From sequence record PX104378.1: DNA of 64,000 bases, one strand, 5' to 3'. The position numbers and the translations under genes are program-made. This document shows, piece by piece, positions 1-8,957 of the stretch. The stretch's first letter is position 1, and every line of letters starts with the position of its first letter. The DNA is from a phage. The notes beneath the pieces are model-generated. The model saw nothing but the letters and a program-made list of their open reading frames with translations, searched no databases and was not told the origin of the DNA.

Positions 1-218
1 TTTTTGTTGACGCTGTTAATCAATTGGCCTTTCTTGATACTACGAAACGGTTTACCGAACAACACAAAGCAAAGCGCCTCGATCATGGTCGATTTACCAG
101 CACCGTTAACACCAGTGATTAGTGTCTTTTTGAATCCGTCTAGCTGAATCTCAACAGGTTCAGCACCTACGCTCATTATATTTTGATAGCGCAAGGTTTT
201 AAAATTTAACTTTGCCAT
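1..218 (-). CDS. 46: gp46 recombination endonuclease subunit (Rad50/SbcC-like ATPase), N-terminal ~72 codons; gene continues beyond left edge
   Basis: Minus-strand translation from ATG at 218 reads MAKLNFKTLRYQNIMSVGAEPVEIQLDGFKKTLITGVNGAGKSTMIEAL..., matching the T4 gp46 N-terminus including the Walker A motif. Confidence 0.85.
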   Translation of the reverse strand, partial: MAKLNFKTLRYQNIMSVGAEPVEIQLDGFKKTLITGVNGAGKSTMIEALCFVLFGKPFRSIKKGQLINSVNK

Positions 219-462
219 TAATCCACTCCGCAATCACACATTCCATAATATTAAATGCTAACACATCTTCATCAATGTTGTAAACACTTGCCGCCTTCAC
301 TTTAACTAATGTGTCTCTGCGATCTGGCAACATGATAACATAATCCAGTGTCGCCGGATCATATGTCATAAAGGGATCAATGTAAATCCCTTTATTCAAT
401 GCCAGATATTCGCGAAGACCTTCTATAACCCTGTGTCTAAGGTAGGTCATCGATAGAATCAT
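199..462 (-). CDS. hypothetical protein (87 aa)
   Basis: ORF tiling the minus-strand gene block; 3' end overlaps gp46 start; no recognisable motif. Confidence 0.45.
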   Translation of the reverse strand: MILSMTYLRHRVIEGLREYLALNKGIYIDPFMTYDPATLDYVIMLPDRRDTLVKVKAASVYNIDEDVLAFNIMECVIAEWINGKVKF

Positions 463-1055
463 TTTAGTTTATGTTCCTCTAAAAATTCTTCAATTTCACC
501 TTGCAGGTCTTCCGCTTGCTGTTCCAGAATATCGCGAAATTCACCTACAGTCAAGCGGTAATCACATTTCACCAGTCGATGCGGGAGAATATACCCTTTA
601 TACATTGTCTCTGACGCTTCCAGGAATACCCCGCTATGCATGACAGAGACCCAACCTGTTAGCGTCAATGGGGTATTCGGAAAATAATACTTGCTGGATT
701 GTTTCCACTGGACGAAAGCACCATATACAATCGGATTATATTCACCAACCACACTCTTAATAATGGATTCTACTTTGTCTTTTACAAAGTCGCCAATGCC
801 CATAGTCACCATCAACTCTTGTGGGTGAATCACTTTAAGGTAACGACGGTAGCCGTCATCATACCACAGCTTAACCACTGGCTGACCCCACATTTTAGCA
901 ATGCGCGCTTTCAGATAACCATAGATCGGATTCTTGTAATATGATTGTTTTAGTGTGTATGCGTGCACCAATTCAATAAAATATTCCACTGCTATCGAAT
1001 CAGGATCAGCCGCGACCATAGTCGTATTCATAATATGTTCCTCGTTCAATTTCAT
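459..1055 (-). CDS. hypothetical protein (198 aa)
   Basis: Long minus-strand ORF between genes 47 and 46; no recognisable motif. Confidence 0.5.
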   Translation of the reverse strand: MKLNEEHIMNTTMVAADPDSIAVEYFIELVHAYTLKQSYYKNPIYGYLKARIAKMWGQPVVKLWYDDGYRRYLKVIHPQELMVTMGIGDFVKDKVESIIKSVVGEYNPIVYGAFVQWKQSSKYYFPNTPLTLTGWVSVMHSGVFLEASETMYKGYILPHRLVKCDYRLTVGEFRDILEQQAEDLQGEIEEFLEEHKLK

Positions 1056-1323
1056 ATTGTTTCAGGTCTTCTAAAAGTTCATCCACTGCTTGTTTCAGCA
1101 CATGACGTAGCGTAAAATAATAGCTTTCATCAAATTCTATTTCCGCGCGAGGAATAGAGCGAAACTTACACTTAACGGTAGTATCAGTGAGTCGCTTTTC
1201 GACCATCATCCGAACTTCTTCATGCTCTTTAGAATACCATACATCAACGGAGATCCCCTTGCGTCGAGCAAACATAGGCAATGCCGCATTAAATTCCATT
1301 ACCTTTTGTGCAAGTGTTTTCAT
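1006..1323 (-). CDS. hypothetical protein (105 aa; start uncertain)
   Basis: Minus-strand ORF; overlaps downstream ORF by 50 nt so true start may be internal. Confidence 0.4.
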   Translation of the reverse strand: MKTLAQKVMEFNAALPMFARRKGISVDVWYSKEHEEVRMMVEKRLTDTTVKCKFRSIPRAEIEFDESYYFTLRHVLKQAVDELLEDLKQYEIERGTYYEYDYGRG

Positions 1324-1583
1324 CGTACAGACTCCATAGATCCACGGGCAATTACATTCTGGGTAATATCAGCAACCTTACGGGATATGATGTTTGTTAG
1401 CCCCTCTTTGGTGATATTTTCACGATCAAATGGGATTTCGTCATGAGTCCATAAACCATAGTTAGACCGAAATGATAGCATATACTGACCATCTCGCACA
1501 ACCTCAAATACATGGATCTTAGTGAATTTCGATAAACCTTCGTTGATTTCTTTCAGTGCATTAGTAATCATAACAACCTCCAA
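1320..1583 (-). CDS. hypothetical protein (87 aa)
   Basis: Minus-strand ORF directly downstream of a PeSL-type promoter (1597-1625) and a GGAGG-like RBS. Confidence 0.5.
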   Translation of the reverse strand: MEVVMITNALKEINEGLSKFTKIHVFEVVRDGQYMLSFRSNYGLWTHDEIPFDRENITKEGLTNIISRKVADITQNVIARGSMESVR

Positions 1584-1596
1584 TCAATTTTTAGAG

Positions 1597-1625
1597 AGTA
1601 TAACGGGGATTTCTCCCCGCGTCAA
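1597..1625 (-). promoter_or_regulatory. PeSL-type early promoter (TTGACG-N17-TATACT), spacer forms hairpin
   Basis: Minus strand reads TTGACGCGGGGAGAAATCCCCGTTATACT; spacer GGGGAGAAATCCCC is palindromic. Confidence 0.6.
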
Positions 1626-2660
1626 CTAACTTTTTGCGCTATTTACTTCGGCTAAAAGTTCATCAGAAATACGCTTGACCGCCGCAAGTTCATCCGGTTC
1701 TAGGTTTTGTTCTTCCAGATATTCGTAAACCATTTGAATAGTGCTTTTAACCTCAATAACACCAGTTTCCTGTGATGCGCTACTCTCCAGCTTATGGACC
1801 ACTTTTAGCTTGTGTACAACGGCCTCTAACGCGCTTTCTAACTTAGTTAACCCATTATCAGCGACCGTTGCGATAAGACGCACACTAAGCCCCTTATAGC
1901 GTTCTACATCGATTTTATCATCTGACGGGTAAGTGATACGCACATGATAAGTTTTGTCATTCTGGATAAACTCTTTTTTGTGTGTATCGGTATCGAATAC
2001 CCAAAAACCACGCGGATCGTTTTCGTCACCAGCCGTTAGTGTGTATGGTGTACCGATATACGTTACGTTACCGCCATCGCTGATAGTATGAAAGTGACCA
2101 GAAAACACTTCACGATATTTCTTGAGGAAGTCCGCGCTATAACCTTCGGATTTTAGCCCTTTATAGAAATAGTAACCAGACAATTCCCAATGGCCTACAC
2201 AATATTCGCTGAATGAGTTTTGAATAAACTCTAAAATCTCTGATTTATTGTCATCACAAAACCACGGGAACAGATCAAATGATACACCATCAAAGGTGAC
2301 TGTTTCCGGTTTATCAATAACCTTAATGCAATCATACTGGCTTAACACTTCACGCGGTGCGTTAGGCTGGATCTTGTTTCGTTTAAACATATCATGATTC
2401 CCGACCGTGGTATAACAAGTAATACCAGCCTCTTCCAGTAGCGGGATAATTTTCGTTCTATTAAAACGCATAGTTGCATGTGTGATTGCTTTTCGGCAAT
2501 CAAACCAGTCCCCTGTCTGAATCCATGCCTTAATATTATGTTTTTTTGAATAATCGACTGCCTTTTTAATAGTATCAAGAATATACTCATGTATCCACGG
2601 ATCATCGTTGCCGATACCAGTATGCAGATCACCTAAAAGCAAAATTTTCATATTATACAT
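1626..2660 (-). CDS. 47: gp47 recombination endonuclease subunit (Mre11/SbcD-like phosphoesterase)
   Basis: Translation (KILLLGDLHTG..GDWFD..GNHD..GHFH..GDENDPRGFW) aligns along its length with remembered T4 gp47; AGGAGA RBS upstream of ATG. Confidence 0.9.
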   Translation of the reverse strand: MYNMKILLLGDLHTGIGNDDPWIHEYILDTIKKAVDYSKKHNIKAWIQTGDWFDCRKAITHATMRFNRTKIIPLLEEAGITCYTTVGNHDMFKRNKIQPNAPREVLSQYDCIKVIDKPETVTFDGVSFDLFPWFCDDNKSEILEFIQNSFSEYCVGHWELSGYYFYKGLKSEGYSADFLKKYREVFSGHFHTISDGGNVTYIGTPYTLTAGDENDPRGFWVFDTDTHKKEFIQNDKTYHVRITYPSDDKIDVERYKGLSVRLIATVADNGLTKLESALEAVVHKLKVVHKLESSASQETGVIEVKSTIQMVYEYLEEQNLEPDELAAVKRISDELLAEVNSAKS

Positions 2661-2666
2661 AATCTC

Positions 2667-3221
2667 CTAAAAATTTTTAACACCATATTCACCAAAATAA
2701 AGATCAACCGCTTTGTCATAAGCTCTAGCCGCATCTTCTTCGTTGACATAATACCCAAGAGATATTAGTTTATCATTATTTCGTATTCTTGCAACCCATT
2801 TCTTCGTATGTTTATGCCAGCTAACTCCTTTATACTTGCTTGCTTTATTCTTGTACTTTCCAACGTTACAAGCATTTTTCTTTGCGTCGGACTCTCTAAG
2901 ATTGCGCGGTGCGTTGTTTAAAGGATTTCGGTCTATATGATCTATAATTTCTGGTTGTGTTCCATGCTCAAGAAACCATACAACACGATGTACATATGGC
3001 TTTAAAACCCTCCCATTATCCATAACGATTGCAATTTGGAGATGATCCTGACTTTTAAAAGTTTTTACTTTATCTCCTGCCTTATAAAACTTTCCTTCGT
3101 AATTCTTTCCTCCGGCTCGGCTATTCTTTAAATGATAAAGAATACCCTCATCGTCATGTCTATATCTTTCTCTTATAATTCGTTGCGTTTCTTCATCCCA
3201 CAATTTGGAACGTCTACTCAT
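2667..3221 (-). CDS. HNH homing endonuclease with C-terminal AP2-type DNA-binding domain
   Basis: HNH motif HIDRNPLNNAPRNLRE and AP2-like segment YKGVSWHKHTKKWVARIR..LGYY..EEDAARAYDKA; GAGAGGAAGA RBS. Confidence 0.75.
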   Translation of the reverse strand: MSRRSKLWDEETQRIIRERYRHDDEGILYHLKNSRAGGKNYEGKFYKAGDKVKTFKSQDHLQIAIVMDNGRVLKPYVHRVVWFLEHGTQPEIIDHIDRNPLNNAPRNLRESDAKKNACNVGKYKNKASKYKGVSWHKHTKKWVARIRNNDKLISLGYYVNEEDAARAYDKAVDLYFGEYGVKNF

Positions 3222-3312
3222 AGTCTCTTCCTCTCTTCGTTTTCGATGCTCTCACTATATCACAGAAAAATAAAAAGGGAAACCCCTTTCAGAGTCTCCC
3301 TTATAAAAGCCA

Positions 3313-3600
3313 TTACAGCATACTTAATACCGTTTGCCGTGTACTAACCCACATAGCAGAAAGCAGTTCTGGCGTGTGTGGCTGTTTGTAGATATCACGC
3401 AATTTTCCGATAGCGTAGATATACGCATCACGGTTATCATCGATGATAGCTTGTTCAGCCCACCGCTTAAGGCGTGCAATCTCTCGCGAGTTCTTACGCA
3501 AGATCTTTTCCGCTTTCTTAGCGGCTTTCGCCTCTAGTTCTGCTTGTACTTTGTCTACTTCATTCACTACAATCTTGTCATGTTGTTCATCGTAAGTCAT
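3313..3600 (-). CDS. hypothetical protein (95 aa)
   Basis: Minus-strand ORF, tiles with neighbours. Confidence 0.45.
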   Translation of the reverse strand: MTYDEQHDKIVVNEVDKVQAELEAKAAKKAEKILRKNSREIARLKRWAEQAIIDDNRDAYIYAIGKLRDIYKQPHTPELLSAMWVSTRQTVLSML

Positions 3601-3601
3601 A

Positions 3602-3835
3602 TTATTTTCCTTCTGGGATATAGTCGATGATTAAAGAAAACTCATCTTCTGATACATTATAGCTATGTGAGATTGTACCCGTCAAGACCTCAAGATCCGG
3701 TGATTTGATATTGCACGGATCGATAATCACCGGAACGCCGCAATCTCTCAAAAATAATTTGGCGAAATACGGCACAAGGTCAGTTTCAAACTCTGCTTCT
3801 TCCAGCAAACGGGAAATGTTAATTTTCAATCTCAT
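3602..3835 (-). CDS. hypothetical protein (77 aa)
   Basis: Minus-strand ORF immediately downstream of gp55, small overlap. Confidence 0.45.
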   Translation of the reverse strand: MRLKINISRLLEEAEFETDLVPYFAKLFLRDCGVPVIIDPCNIKSPDLEVLTGTISHSYNVSEDEFSLIIDYIPEGK

Positions 3836-4352
3836 AAAATTGGTCCAGGCTAGGCAATTCCTCGGTCAATACATCTTCAACCTTTGGCGCTTTCGGTTTA
3901 TTGACCGATTCCTCGTAGTTGTTGATCTTATCGTAAATGTCCTGTATGAATGCCTCATCAGCAATCTGGCACATATCAGCGTCGCGTTCGTCATATACAT
4001 GATGCACAAAATATTTGTATTTTGCGGCTGTCGCTGTTCTCTCTTTTTTAATGCGCTGTACAAAAGCATTAAAGCACGCTTGCGTGATGTAAGCATGAGG
4101 ATTTTTATACTTTGTCTCGTCAAAATTAATCAAACCCTTGACCGCCGCTTCGATTCCATCGTCGATCATTTCTTCGCGCCATGTTTGACTATAGCCAGAA
4201 AAGTTAAAACGCCGTGATAGATTTTTAGAGATTTGCATAATTGCTAGGCCGATTTGGTTGCTCATAGGCACTTGTCGACCTTCGGCTGCAATTCGTTGTT
4301 TCCAACGACAAATTTCTTCGTAAAGCTCTTTATTGTTTACATAATCAGACAC
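3819..4352 (-). CDS. 55: gp55 sigma factor for late transcription
   Basis: YVNNKEL...[54 protein letters not shown] matches T4 gp55 almost residue for residue; apparent GTG start after GAGGGTG RBS. Confidence 0.9.
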   Translation of the reverse strand: MSDYVNNKELYEEICRWKQRIAAEGRQVPMSNQIGLAIMQISKNLSRRFNFSGYSQTWREEMIDDGIEAAVKGLINFDETKYKNPHAYITQACFNAFVQRIKKERTATAAKYKYFVHHVYDERDADMCQIADEAFIQDIYDKINNYEESVNKPKAPKVEDVLTEELPSLDQFYEIEN

Positions 4353-4392
4353 TTCGCACCCTCGCTATTATTTAGGAAATAACCCTTTCGGG

Positions 4393-5862
4393 CTATTCCC
4401 CATTGCCATTATACTTTCTTTGCTTAGTTATCCACACTCTAACCATCTCTACTGATTCACCGTCAGACGGATCAAGAGTTTTTCCTTTTTTCTTCATGCG
4501 GTACTTAAATCCGTTAAATCTTGCATTCTCTTGCTCGTTAAAGTCGAACATCTTTTTAAATGATTTTCGCCCTTTACGCTCACCACATTCTAGCGGAATC
4601 ATTCGGTCTGTTATTACATTGGCATTAGGTAGAAACGTTTTTAGATAATCTACCAACGCCCAATCAGGAACATATAGATTAACATTCTCCTTGCTCTCGT
4701 TGTCTCTCAGGTTACAACGCAAACATAATTGAAATGCTGGTTCCAGATAATCAGACACATGACGCGCTTTCAAAAACTCATTTGTCGGGAGATCACAACT
4801 ATTAGCAAGACCTTTTAAAATATCAATCTCCCATCGTTGAGGGTTAAAGCTGAACATCACCGCAACATTTTTATGATGAATGTAAGAGTTAAGACCATAA
4901 GACCCGTAAGGTATCCGCTCACCAATACCATTTGTACACGCTTCACGGTCCCGATTCACGGTATAAATGAAGTCATCACCACATTCATTTTTAACCATAT
5001 CAACAAGACGTTCAAAGGTATTGTTTGTTTCTGACTGGTGACGCGACCAGCGTTCGGAGTCCGTCATAAGGATGATATTAACTCTATCTGTATTTTTATA
5101 CTCTTTGAAATATAGTCTGGATTCTAGCGCACTCGGAACAAAATCGCAATTTGCATAGTATCGTAGATACTTCCCGCTATATGTATCAAAGAGATTTGCA
5201 CATGCTATCGTAACCTTTTTAAAGTCTCCCCACGTACCGTGTTTGTTATCGTTCAAGAAAACAATTTTCGACCCATTCTTCCGGTGTCCTTCGTTATGTT
5301 TTACCATAACGTTGATTTTCTTCTCTAATAACGCCTCATAAAGCCCTCTAAGAGAAGAATCGATCATATCAGTACCATCCTTTGCACTTTCTATCTTTTC
5401 TTTGATAGCGGCCTTCTCAGAGTCTTTTAGAACTAGGTTCTGTAGGCATTCCGATTCGTCGGCGATTGGTTCGCAATGCTTCGTGATAAGTTCAAGATTA
5501 GACTTAAACGGATACTCATTAAATTCAACCAGTTGAGGAACTTCATCAATGTAAAGAGCATATTCACTAAACATTTTTGAACGCTCCATATTAGATAACG
5601 CTGTATGTGTGATGAATATCACATCAGCACCATCTTTAACTGATTGCATTATCGACGCTTGCACTGTCTTAAGGCTTCTTAGTCTGGTGCTATCAATCAA
5701 GACAGCACGACCGCCCATTCTTTTAAACTTATTGTAAGATTGTTCACTTAAAACACGAGATGGCGAAGCAATAACCGCTTTTTCTTTTGTCTCTAGGACG
5801 TGGGAAAGTATAGCATCAGTTTTCCCCGCCGCTGGCAATGCGATTAATGTTTCAATCTTCAT
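4393..5862 (-). CDS. putative P-loop NTPase (489 aa), function unknown
   Basis: N-terminal Walker A-like ALPAAGKTDA and Walker B-like YIDEVPQ; occupies the position where T4 has a-gt, to which it shows no similarity. Confidence 0.6.
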   Translation of the reverse strand: MKIETLIALPAAGKTDAILSHVLETKEKAVIASPSRVLSEQSYNKFKRMGGRAVLIDSTRLRSLKTVQASIMQSVKDGADVIFITHTALSNMERSKMFSEYALYIDEVPQLVEFNEYPFKSNLELITKHCEPIADESECLQNLVLKDSEKAAIKEKIESAKDGTDMIDSSLRGLYEALLEKKINVMVKHNEGHRKNGSKIVFLNDNKHGTWGDFKKVTIACANLFDTYSGKYLRYYANCDFVPSALESRLYFKEYKNTDRVNIILMTDSERWSRHQSETNNTFERLVDMVKNECGDDFIYTVNRDREACTNGIGERIPYGSYGLNSYIHHKNVAVMFSFNPQRWEIDILKGLANSCDLPTNEFLKARHVSDYLEPAFQLCLRCNLRDNESKENVNLYVPDWALVDYLKTFLPNANVITDRMIPLECGERKGRKSFKKMFDFNEQENARFNGFKYRMKKKGKTLDPSDGESVEMVRVWITKQRKYNGNGE

Positions 5863-6149
5863 TAGAAACCCTTACGTCGTGCTTTCTGGCATTTCTTGAT
5901 CATTTTATCAGAAATTTCGCGCTTAGGTGCAATCTCTTTCACACCGAAAGCACTAATGCCAAATTCAGAGAGAATATATTCAACCAACAATTCACGCACA
6001 CGCGCTTTACCGATATTCACGCCGTTATTTTTCAGATATGTCTGGCCTTCGACTTGCATCAGATCTAAATCCGCGTCGGTAATATTGATTTCTTCCATGC
6101 GCCCAAATCGAGAATAAACCATGTGTGCGATTGCATTGTGTACTAACAT
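5862..6149 (-). CDS. hypothetical protein (96 aa)
   Basis: Start moved to internal ATG at 6149 preceded by GAGGAATATATT RBS. Confidence 0.45.
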   Translation of the reverse strand: MLVHNAIAHMVYSRFGRMEEINITDADLDLMQVEGQTYLKNNGVNIGKARVRELLVEYILSEFGISAFGVKEIAPKREISDKMIKKCQKARRKGF

Positions 6150-6170
6150 AATATATTCCTCACTCAAGAA

Positions 6171-6329
6171 TTACTTAATGATACTGACTTTACCAGATCC
6201 GTGACAATGAGCGCAACACCCATCACCACGCAATCCTGTTCCGTTACAGTGTTTACACTTCTTCAACGGTAAAGTCATTATAGCAAATAAAGCAATAATG
6301 AACACCGAAACTAAATTCTCAATAATCAT
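6171..6329 (-). CDS. small hydrophobic protein with CxxC..CxxC zinc-ribbon tail (52 aa)
   Basis: Not in ORF track (<60 aa); translation MIIENLVSVFIIALFAIMTLPLKKCKHCNGTGLRGDGCCAHCHGSGKVSIIK; fills a gap between two genes. Confidence 0.3.
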   Translation of the reverse strand: MIIENLVSVFIIALFAIMTLPLKKCKHCNGTGLRGDGCCAHCHGSGKVSIIK

Positions 6330-6588
6330 AAATCGCCCTCAGTTCTTTATAGCCTCCAATGTGCTCGTTGTCAATGAATATCTGGGGGTATACAAACCGG
6401 AGGCTCTTTGAGTTTAGCCTCCCCGCCAGTTCTTCAATCATATCACGGTCGGGAATAATGTCAACCCCGACCTGCTTGAATACTGGTTTAAGTGTATACG
6501 GAATACCCAGATCATCCAGTAGCTTCATTGCACTAATACAACCATAACAATGATAAGCCTCTTTCGGTATACCGTATATCTCGATCAT
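6319..6588 (-). CDS. glutaredoxin-like protein (NrdH-like)
   Basis: N-terminal CYGC redox motif, ~89 aa, C-terminal GGY..L motif typical of glutaredoxin fold. Confidence 0.7.
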   Translation of the reverse strand: MIEIYGIPKEAYHCYGCISAMKLLDDLGIPYTLKPVFKQVGVDIIPDRDMIEELAGRLNSKSLRFVYPQIFIDNEHIGGYKELRAIYDY

Positions 6589-7082
6589 TTCTCAGCCTTT
6601 AATCTTTCTAGTTCTTCTTCCAGTTCCTTGATCCGTTGGTCACGTTCAAAGTCACGCTGTAACTTAGTGGCGAATACTCGTTTAAACTGATTGTAATCAT
6701 CGATTTTAAACACTTCTTCTTCGCCATAGCGACGCACAGAAACTTCGTAGTTGTTGAAAAATTGTTCCAACATTGCATCAGTAGTCAGTTCTGACGACAC
6801 CACTTTAAAATAACGTTCTTCTGATTGCAAAAACCAGTTGTGCGCGTATTCCCGTACATCATCAACATCTCGACAGGTGTATGTTTTTCCATCAATTTCA
6901 ATCGCAGAAACATATTCGATATCTGACGCAATTTTTTCAAAAGCGATAACTTTAAATGTACGGTCACCGATAAAGTCTGCTATTGCATCATTTGCAACAC
7001 TGGTTGCAAAGGCTTTCCGCGCTCGCTCGTTTTTCCACTGATAGGTCATACCAACAACAAACATATTACCATCAACAAACAT
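6585..7082 (-). CDS. hypothetical protein, paralog family A
   Basis: Contains VGMTYQWKNERARKAF and FKV..DG..YT domain shared with ORFs at 7084, 7930, 8402, 13320, 14555, 15136; charged coiled-coil C-terminus; start at ATG 7082 after GAGG RBS. Confidence 0.55.
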   Translation of the reverse strand: MFVDGNMFVVGMTYQWKNERARKAFATSVANDAIADFIGDRTFKVIAFEKIASDIEYVSAIEIDGKTYTCRDVDDVREYAHNWFLQSEERYFKVVSSELTTDAMLEQFFNNYEVSVRRYGEEEVFKIDDYNQFKRVFATKLQRDFERDQRIKELEEELERLKAEK

Positions 7083-7089
7083 ATTACCA
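7054..7089. repeat. tandem direct repeat 2 x 17 bp (CAACAAACATATTACCA) with 1-nt spacer
   Basis: Read directly; 18-nt period keeps frame and duplicates the start-codon context of ORF 6585-7082 (NMFVDG / NMFVVG). Confidence 0.7.
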
Positions 7090-7917
7090 ACCTCGCTCTT
7101 TACCAATCAAAAATTCAACTTCACGACGTTTAATGTCTTCTTGAAGGTCTTTAATCTTCTGGCGATCTTGCATGATTTCATCCATCTTGTCAAGTGCCGC
7201 AATGAAATCATCGAAACGTTCAAAGGTTTTACCTTCATTTGCTTCGCCAAATTTAACCATTGTCAGGCCATAACGACTACTAAAAAGACGCTTCAACTGT
7301 CCAACGACCTTAGAATCATCGTTCACCTTTTCTTCTGGTTCTTTCACGGTTTCAACTTCACGAAAATATTTTCGTTCAAGCCCAACAAACCACACAGCAT
7401 CAACATCATCATCAACACCCGCCGAATGAGGATTAAATGTTCCACAAACATTATCATTATTGATGTCGATCATAGTAACGAAACCAACAGAATCAACGGA
7501 AGATACCGTAAAAGTCTCATCTCCTATCCAATCAGCAATTTTACGGTTGATATTAGAACAGTGAGAAAACGTCACTTTTGCGTTTACATCCTTCCAAATA
7601 TAAGTTTTACCAACTTCCCATTTAGGAGGAACTTCTTCAACTTCACGAAAGAATTTTATATCAAATGGACTAAACAAATATGTTGACGTCCAAATGTCTT
7701 TTCCTGTAGCCGTTTTCGCCGTATGATAAACACCGTCTAGCTCTATTACATTAATCCAACCATCACCTTCGTTCTCGATGATGGTAAATGGCTTGTCACC
7801 AATAGCTGCACTGATATCGCTGTTAAGTGGAGAAAGAACACCTTCTCCGTTAGTAATAAACTCAGTTTTAGCGTTTTCATCTTTCCAAGTGTAAGTTTTA
7901 CCAATTTCCCATTTCAT
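7084..7917 (-). CDS. hypothetical protein, paralog family A (two repeat domains)
   Basis: MKWEIGKTYTWKD at N-terminus and second internal copy PPKWEVGKTYIWKD. Confidence 0.6.
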   Translation of the reverse strand: MKWEIGKTYTWKDENAKTEFITNGEGVLSPLNSDISAAIGDKPFTIIENEGDGWINVIELDGVYHTAKTATGKDIWTSTYLFSPFDIKFFREVEEVPPKWEVGKTYIWKDVNAKVTFSHCSNINRKIADWIGDETFTVSSVDSVGFVTMIDINNDNVCGTFNPHSAGVDDDVDAVWFVGLERKYFREVETVKEPEEKVNDDSKVVGQLKRLFSSRYGLTMVKFGEANEGKTFERFDDFIAALDKMDEIMQDRQKIKDLQEDIKRREVEFLIGKERGW

Positions 7918-7929
7918 AATATATTCCCC

Positions 7930-8397
7930 TTAACCGATTTTATCAAGTTCGTTTAATGCTTTCTCAGCTTCCTGTATAGCTTGCACTCTTTCCGGCATTT
8001 TGTCAAGAAAATCTTTCAACTCTTCAAAACTGGAGATATGACGCAAGGCGTTAGCACCGATAGCCGCATGTGATTTGCATTCAAAGCGGATTTTATAATT
8101 ATCCATCGCCAACTTGAGAAGATCAATTAATTTAGATTCTTCTGGAATAATAATTTCTTCAAATCTGCTACGGTCATGATCCAGAAACCAACAATATAGA
8201 CCTACATCGGTTGAACTCATATAAGTTCCATCATGAAGATAAACAGACCGCACGTATCCTTTTTTCGCATCAACCGACGCAACTTTAAACGGTAATCTCA
8301 GATATTTCAAATAATCAACATCATACCATTTTAAAAAATGGTCTGCATCTTTTACATCTTTCCAGGCATAGGTCTTACCAACTTCCCATTTCAACAT
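7930..8397 (-). CDS. hypothetical protein, paralog family A
   Basis: N-terminal MLKWEVGKTYAWKD..FKVASVD domain. Confidence 0.6.
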   Translation of the reverse strand: MLKWEVGKTYAWKDVKDADHFLKWYDVDYLKYLRLPFKVASVDAKKGYVRSVYLHDGTYMSSTDVGLYCWFLDHDRSRFEEIIIPEESKLIDLLKLAMDNYKIRFECKSHAAIGANALRHISSFEELKDFLDKMPERVQAIQEAEKALNELDKIG

Positions 8398-8401
8398 AAT
8401 A

Positions 8402-8947
8402 TCACCTTTCGTTTTTGATACGTGATTCTAATTGGATCATACGGTCGCGCGTTTGTTTGTATTCTCGGATAGCACCGATCCGGCTAGGCATACCATCCAG
8501 TACGCTCTTAATACCTTCTAGGGTAGTGATTTTAGCAATGCTATTATGTAACCCCATCTTATCGATCAACTGAATGTCGTAGGCTTCCATAAGCAGACCC
8601 AGACGTTCTAATGTTAAATCCGGTTCTTGTTCTTTATCTTCTTCCTTTTCTTCCGGTTCTGGGATTTCTTTGTCAATAGTAGCTTCGGTAAAGAAACGAC
8701 GCTCACCAGCCCAAAACCACACACCGTAACAGTTAATAGGGGATTCTTTTAAAGTCATGGAGTCGAAATCACTACCAATAATAGTAATTTCTCTAACATC
8801 ACCATCGTCATCAATGTCTTCTACCTTAAACGGGCGACCAGCCAACAAGTCCACAATACATCCGTTAATACCCGACGAAAATTTAGTCAGTTCAGCTTTC
8901 GACGCTTCGCATTTAATATTGTAGATTTTACCTACTTCCCATTCCAT
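8402..8947 (-). CDS. hypothetical protein, paralog family A
   Basis: N-terminal MEWEVGKIYNIK..RPFKVEDIDDDG domain; start at ATG 8947 after GAGGTGATTATT RBS. Confidence 0.6.
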   Translation of the reverse strand: MEWEVGKIYNIKCEASKAELTKFSSGINGCIVDLLAGRPFKVEDIDDDGDVREITIIGSDFDSMTLKESPINCYGVWFWAGERRFFTEATIDKEIPEPEEKEEDKEQEPDLTLERLGLLMEAYDIQLIDKMGLHNSIAKITTLEGIKSVLDGMPSRIGAIREYKQTRDRMIQLESRIKNER

Positions 8948-8957
8948 AATAATCACC

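Noticed and set aside
2342-4123. Alternative-frame same-strand ORFs 2342-2632 and 3866-4123 inside gp47 and gp55
   Set aside because: Overlap the conserved reading frames of gp47 and gp55 in a different frame; no RBS; artefacts of the six-frame scan.
4353-4392. Late or middle promoter upstream of gene 55 (TAAATAATA-like sequence)
   Set aside because: Only an imperfect match to TATAAATA and no clear -35/-10 pair; insufficient to call.
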